From NCBI GenBank assembly GCA_004431415.1, contig QPMI01000577.1, forward strand, positions 1 through 64,000: DNA of 64,000 nt. Direction: 5' to 3'. Under the pieces are notes generated by a model that had not been told where the DNA came from, did no database searches, and saw only the letters and a program-made list of their open reading frames with translations. The DNA is from Cyanophora paradoxa CCMP329 (lineage: Eukaryota > Plantae > Glaucophyta). Within the stretch, counting starts at the first letter, position 1. Each line of letters starts with the position of its first letter. Position numbers and translations under genes: made by a program. Below, piece after piece: positions 61,420 through 64,000 of this stretch.

Positions 61420-64000
61420 CAGAGGATCCTGCGCGGGGGTAAGCGGGTTCGAATCCGCACGGAATCAAGCAGTTCAATATCTGCGCTCGCCTGGGGTCGA
61501 CGTGGTAGACCGCCCGCAGGATGAAACGGTGCTTGCCGCCGGGGGGTACGCCCCCCGCGTCCTCCGGGCCCGCCAGGCCGCGAACGTAGTCGCCCTCCTT
61601 GAGCTTGTACGACTGACGAAGGGGGGTTATGTTTGCTCGGGCAACTGCGCAGTGTGGAGGGGGTGCGCTCACGTTGATGTTGTTGGGCATGATGATGATG
61701 GGGCCGGCGGGCGGGCCGTGCATGTACCCGTACGCCTGCGGCGGTACAAGAATCAAAAGGAGTACCAAGGCACGATAGGGAGGGGTATGGCGTCGGACCT
61801 GCAGGACAACGCGGCCAGCGCCGGAGGGCTCGTTCGGCGGCAGGTGCACCAGCCCGTGCACGAGCTGCCCGGGGAGGGGGGTACATGTAAGAACGGGGGT
61901 ACGCATCGAGCTTGGGTGAGGGTACAGGGGCACCTTGGCCTCGACCTCGCCGCCTGCATCCCCAAGGCCCGCGAATGGGTCCGTCGCCTCGTGCGCGGGT
62001 ACGCGTTTCACCGCCTTCTCCCGCGCCGTCTGAGGCTCAGGTAAGCTCTGAGGCGCTCGGGCGAGGGGCGGAGAGGGGCGGGGGCGCGCCTGCAAGTCGA
62101 CGAGGTAGGGACCAGGCTCGGCGGAGGGCCCGCCCTCGCCGTCGCCCTCGTCGCCCGGGGCCGGGGCCGGCACGTCGGCCTCGCCCCCGGCCGCCTCGTC
62201 GCCGGCCTGGAGGCGGTAGCGCGCGGCGAGGGCGGGCGCGATGCGCGGGCCGCGGCCGTCGGCCCCCTCGAGGCGCAGCGTCGCGCCGGCCGCGCGGGCG
62301 GTGCCCGCGACGGGGCGCCCGGACACAGCGGGCGCCTCGGACGCCGCGGCGGCCCAGGGGAACGCGGGCGCCGCGGGCGGCACGGGGGCGTACGGCGCCG
62401 GCGCGAAGCCCGAGGCCGGGGCGGGCGCGGCGGGGGCGGCCGCGGTCGCGGGCGGGAGCACGAGAGGCACGGGGCGGGGACGGGCGCGGCGGCGGGGGCG
62501 GCGGCGGCGGCGGCGGCGGGCTGCTGCTGGGCAGCCATCGCGGCGGCTGCGGCGGTGTACGCGGCGAAGAGGTCAGCCTGCGTGGAGCCGCCTGCGGTCG
62601 GCGACTGAACGGCAGCGGCCGGTGCGGCTGCGGCGGGCGCGGCGGCCGGAGCGGGCGGCGGAGCGTAGGCCGGAGCGTGCGCGGCGGGAGGGGCGTAAGC
62701 GCTCGCGGCGTTCGCGCCCGACCCGAAGCCGCCGGCCGAAGCGTGGCCGTAGCCGTGCCCCGCGTGGCCGGCGTAGCTCTCGTAGCCCGAGCTCGGCGGC
62801 GCGTGCCCGGAGGCCGCGGCCGCCGCTGCCGCCGCGGCCGCCGCGACGGCCGCCGGGCCCCCGTGCATCCCGTTCACGTCGAGCACCTGCGAACGAAGGC
62901 GCGACTCAGGACCGCAAATCAGATCACCTGAGCTTCGTTCGCACGCACCTCGACGAGGCGGGCCTTCTTGGCGCCGAGGTCCTGGAGGGAGACGCGCCCC
63001 GTGACGCGGTCGCCCTGCTGCAGGTTGTTCTTGCGGATCGTGTCGGGGTCCACGAAGATGTGCAGGCCCGCCGCGTTCTCCCGCAGGAACCCGAAGCGCT
63101 GCGGCGAGAAAGAAGGAAGGCGGGTGAGCACACACACGAACGCGACACGAACGCAACAAAGATATCAGAGAACACTTGAAGCTTTGAATCTAAAGCGCTC
63201 TGAAGCGATCTAAGCACTGATTCGGACTCTCGATACTCGGCAGAAGGCGAGGACAAGGGGGCGGGGCCGACCGAGGTAAAGATATCAGAGAACACTTGAA
63301 GCTTTGTTGAGTCTAAAGCGGCCCGAAGCGATCTAAACTCGGCACGAGGGAACGGGGCGGACCTTCGCGTTGATGTCCATGACGCCGGAGTCGATGAACT
63401 GCGTCGGCTGGTCCGTCCCGCCCACAGCCGCCAGCGTCGCCGCCGCCGCCGCCGGCACGCGCTGCGCCGGCTGCCCGTTGATGCTGATCACCTCCACCAG
63501 GTCTAGAGAGGGGAGGCCAGGTCAGCGGCCGCCCCGCGAGCGAGCGAGCGAGGCGCAGAGGCGCGAGAGACTCACGGGGCCGCTGCTTGCTGGGGTCTCC
63601 GCTCCCCGAGGAGACCTCCTGCACCATTCCGAAGACGTAGTCCTGGTCCTGTACCCCCCTGGCGTCAGGGGGAGGGGAATGGCGAGGGGGTACGCGGTTT
63701 TTCACCTTCATCGCGTAGTCGCGGATCACGTTCGGGGCGACGAAGATGTCCTGGCCCTGTCCGTGTCGCAGAAGGAAGCCTGGGGCGCGGAGTCGATTCC
63801 GTGCGGGGCCCGTTCCGGCGGGGGCCGGGGCGGGGCGGACCGTATCCCTTGACGGGGAAGATCTGCAGGGGGCCGCCGCCGGGGTTCTTGGCGCCGGAGG
63901 GGGTACCGAAGTCGTGGAGGCTCGAGCTGGTGTCCTGGCGCTTGGTGTCCGCCGCGTACGCGGGGGGGCTCAGCGGCCGCTTGCCGAGCGAGCTCGTGTG
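61420..64000 (-). CDS. Protein with tandem Rho-RNA-binding-like OB-fold repeats (5' end outside window)
   Basis: FIDSGVMDINAK..RFGFLRENAAGLHIFVDPDTIRKNNLQQGDRVTGRV...RLVEVLDVNG plus two or three related repeats. Confidence 0.65.

Overview
Eukaryotic nuclear DNA with two distinct compartments. (1) Bases 1 to ~9140 are AT-rich, intron-less and strongly CpG-depleted in the coding part. They are the right-hand part of an endogenous Polinton/Maverick- or virophage-like element with four co-oriented genes: primase(PriCT-2)-SF3 helicase, GIY-YIG nuclease, protein-primed-type family B DNA polymerase (EndoVII insert, degenerate-looking proofreading domain) and rve integrase. A 1.7-kb non-coding end follows, with a duplicated inverted-repeat module, palindromic iterons and a perfect 28-bp-arm hairpin at the host junction. 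No capsid, packaging ATPase or maturation protease gene is in the window. The frameshifts I could resolve are single-base deletions, mostly in homopolymers, and are probably long-read errors. (2) Bases ~9140-64000 are GC-rich, intron-dense host DNA, probably algal; an MAF-start transit-peptide-like leader hints at a glaucophyte such as Cyanophora (inference). Host genes: an IPT/TIG membrane protein, two F-box/LRR paralogues, a HIT-like protein, a large orphan gene, a full RNA Pol III subunit RPC3 gene plus a 5'-truncated duplicate, a low-GC repeat-containing surface protein, a TPM-RING fusion, a coiled-coil protein, a Cys-rich secreted protein and a protein with tandem Rho-type RNA-binding OB folds. 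TA-flanked MITEs are also present. Host exon structures were assembled by eye, so boundaries are approximate.
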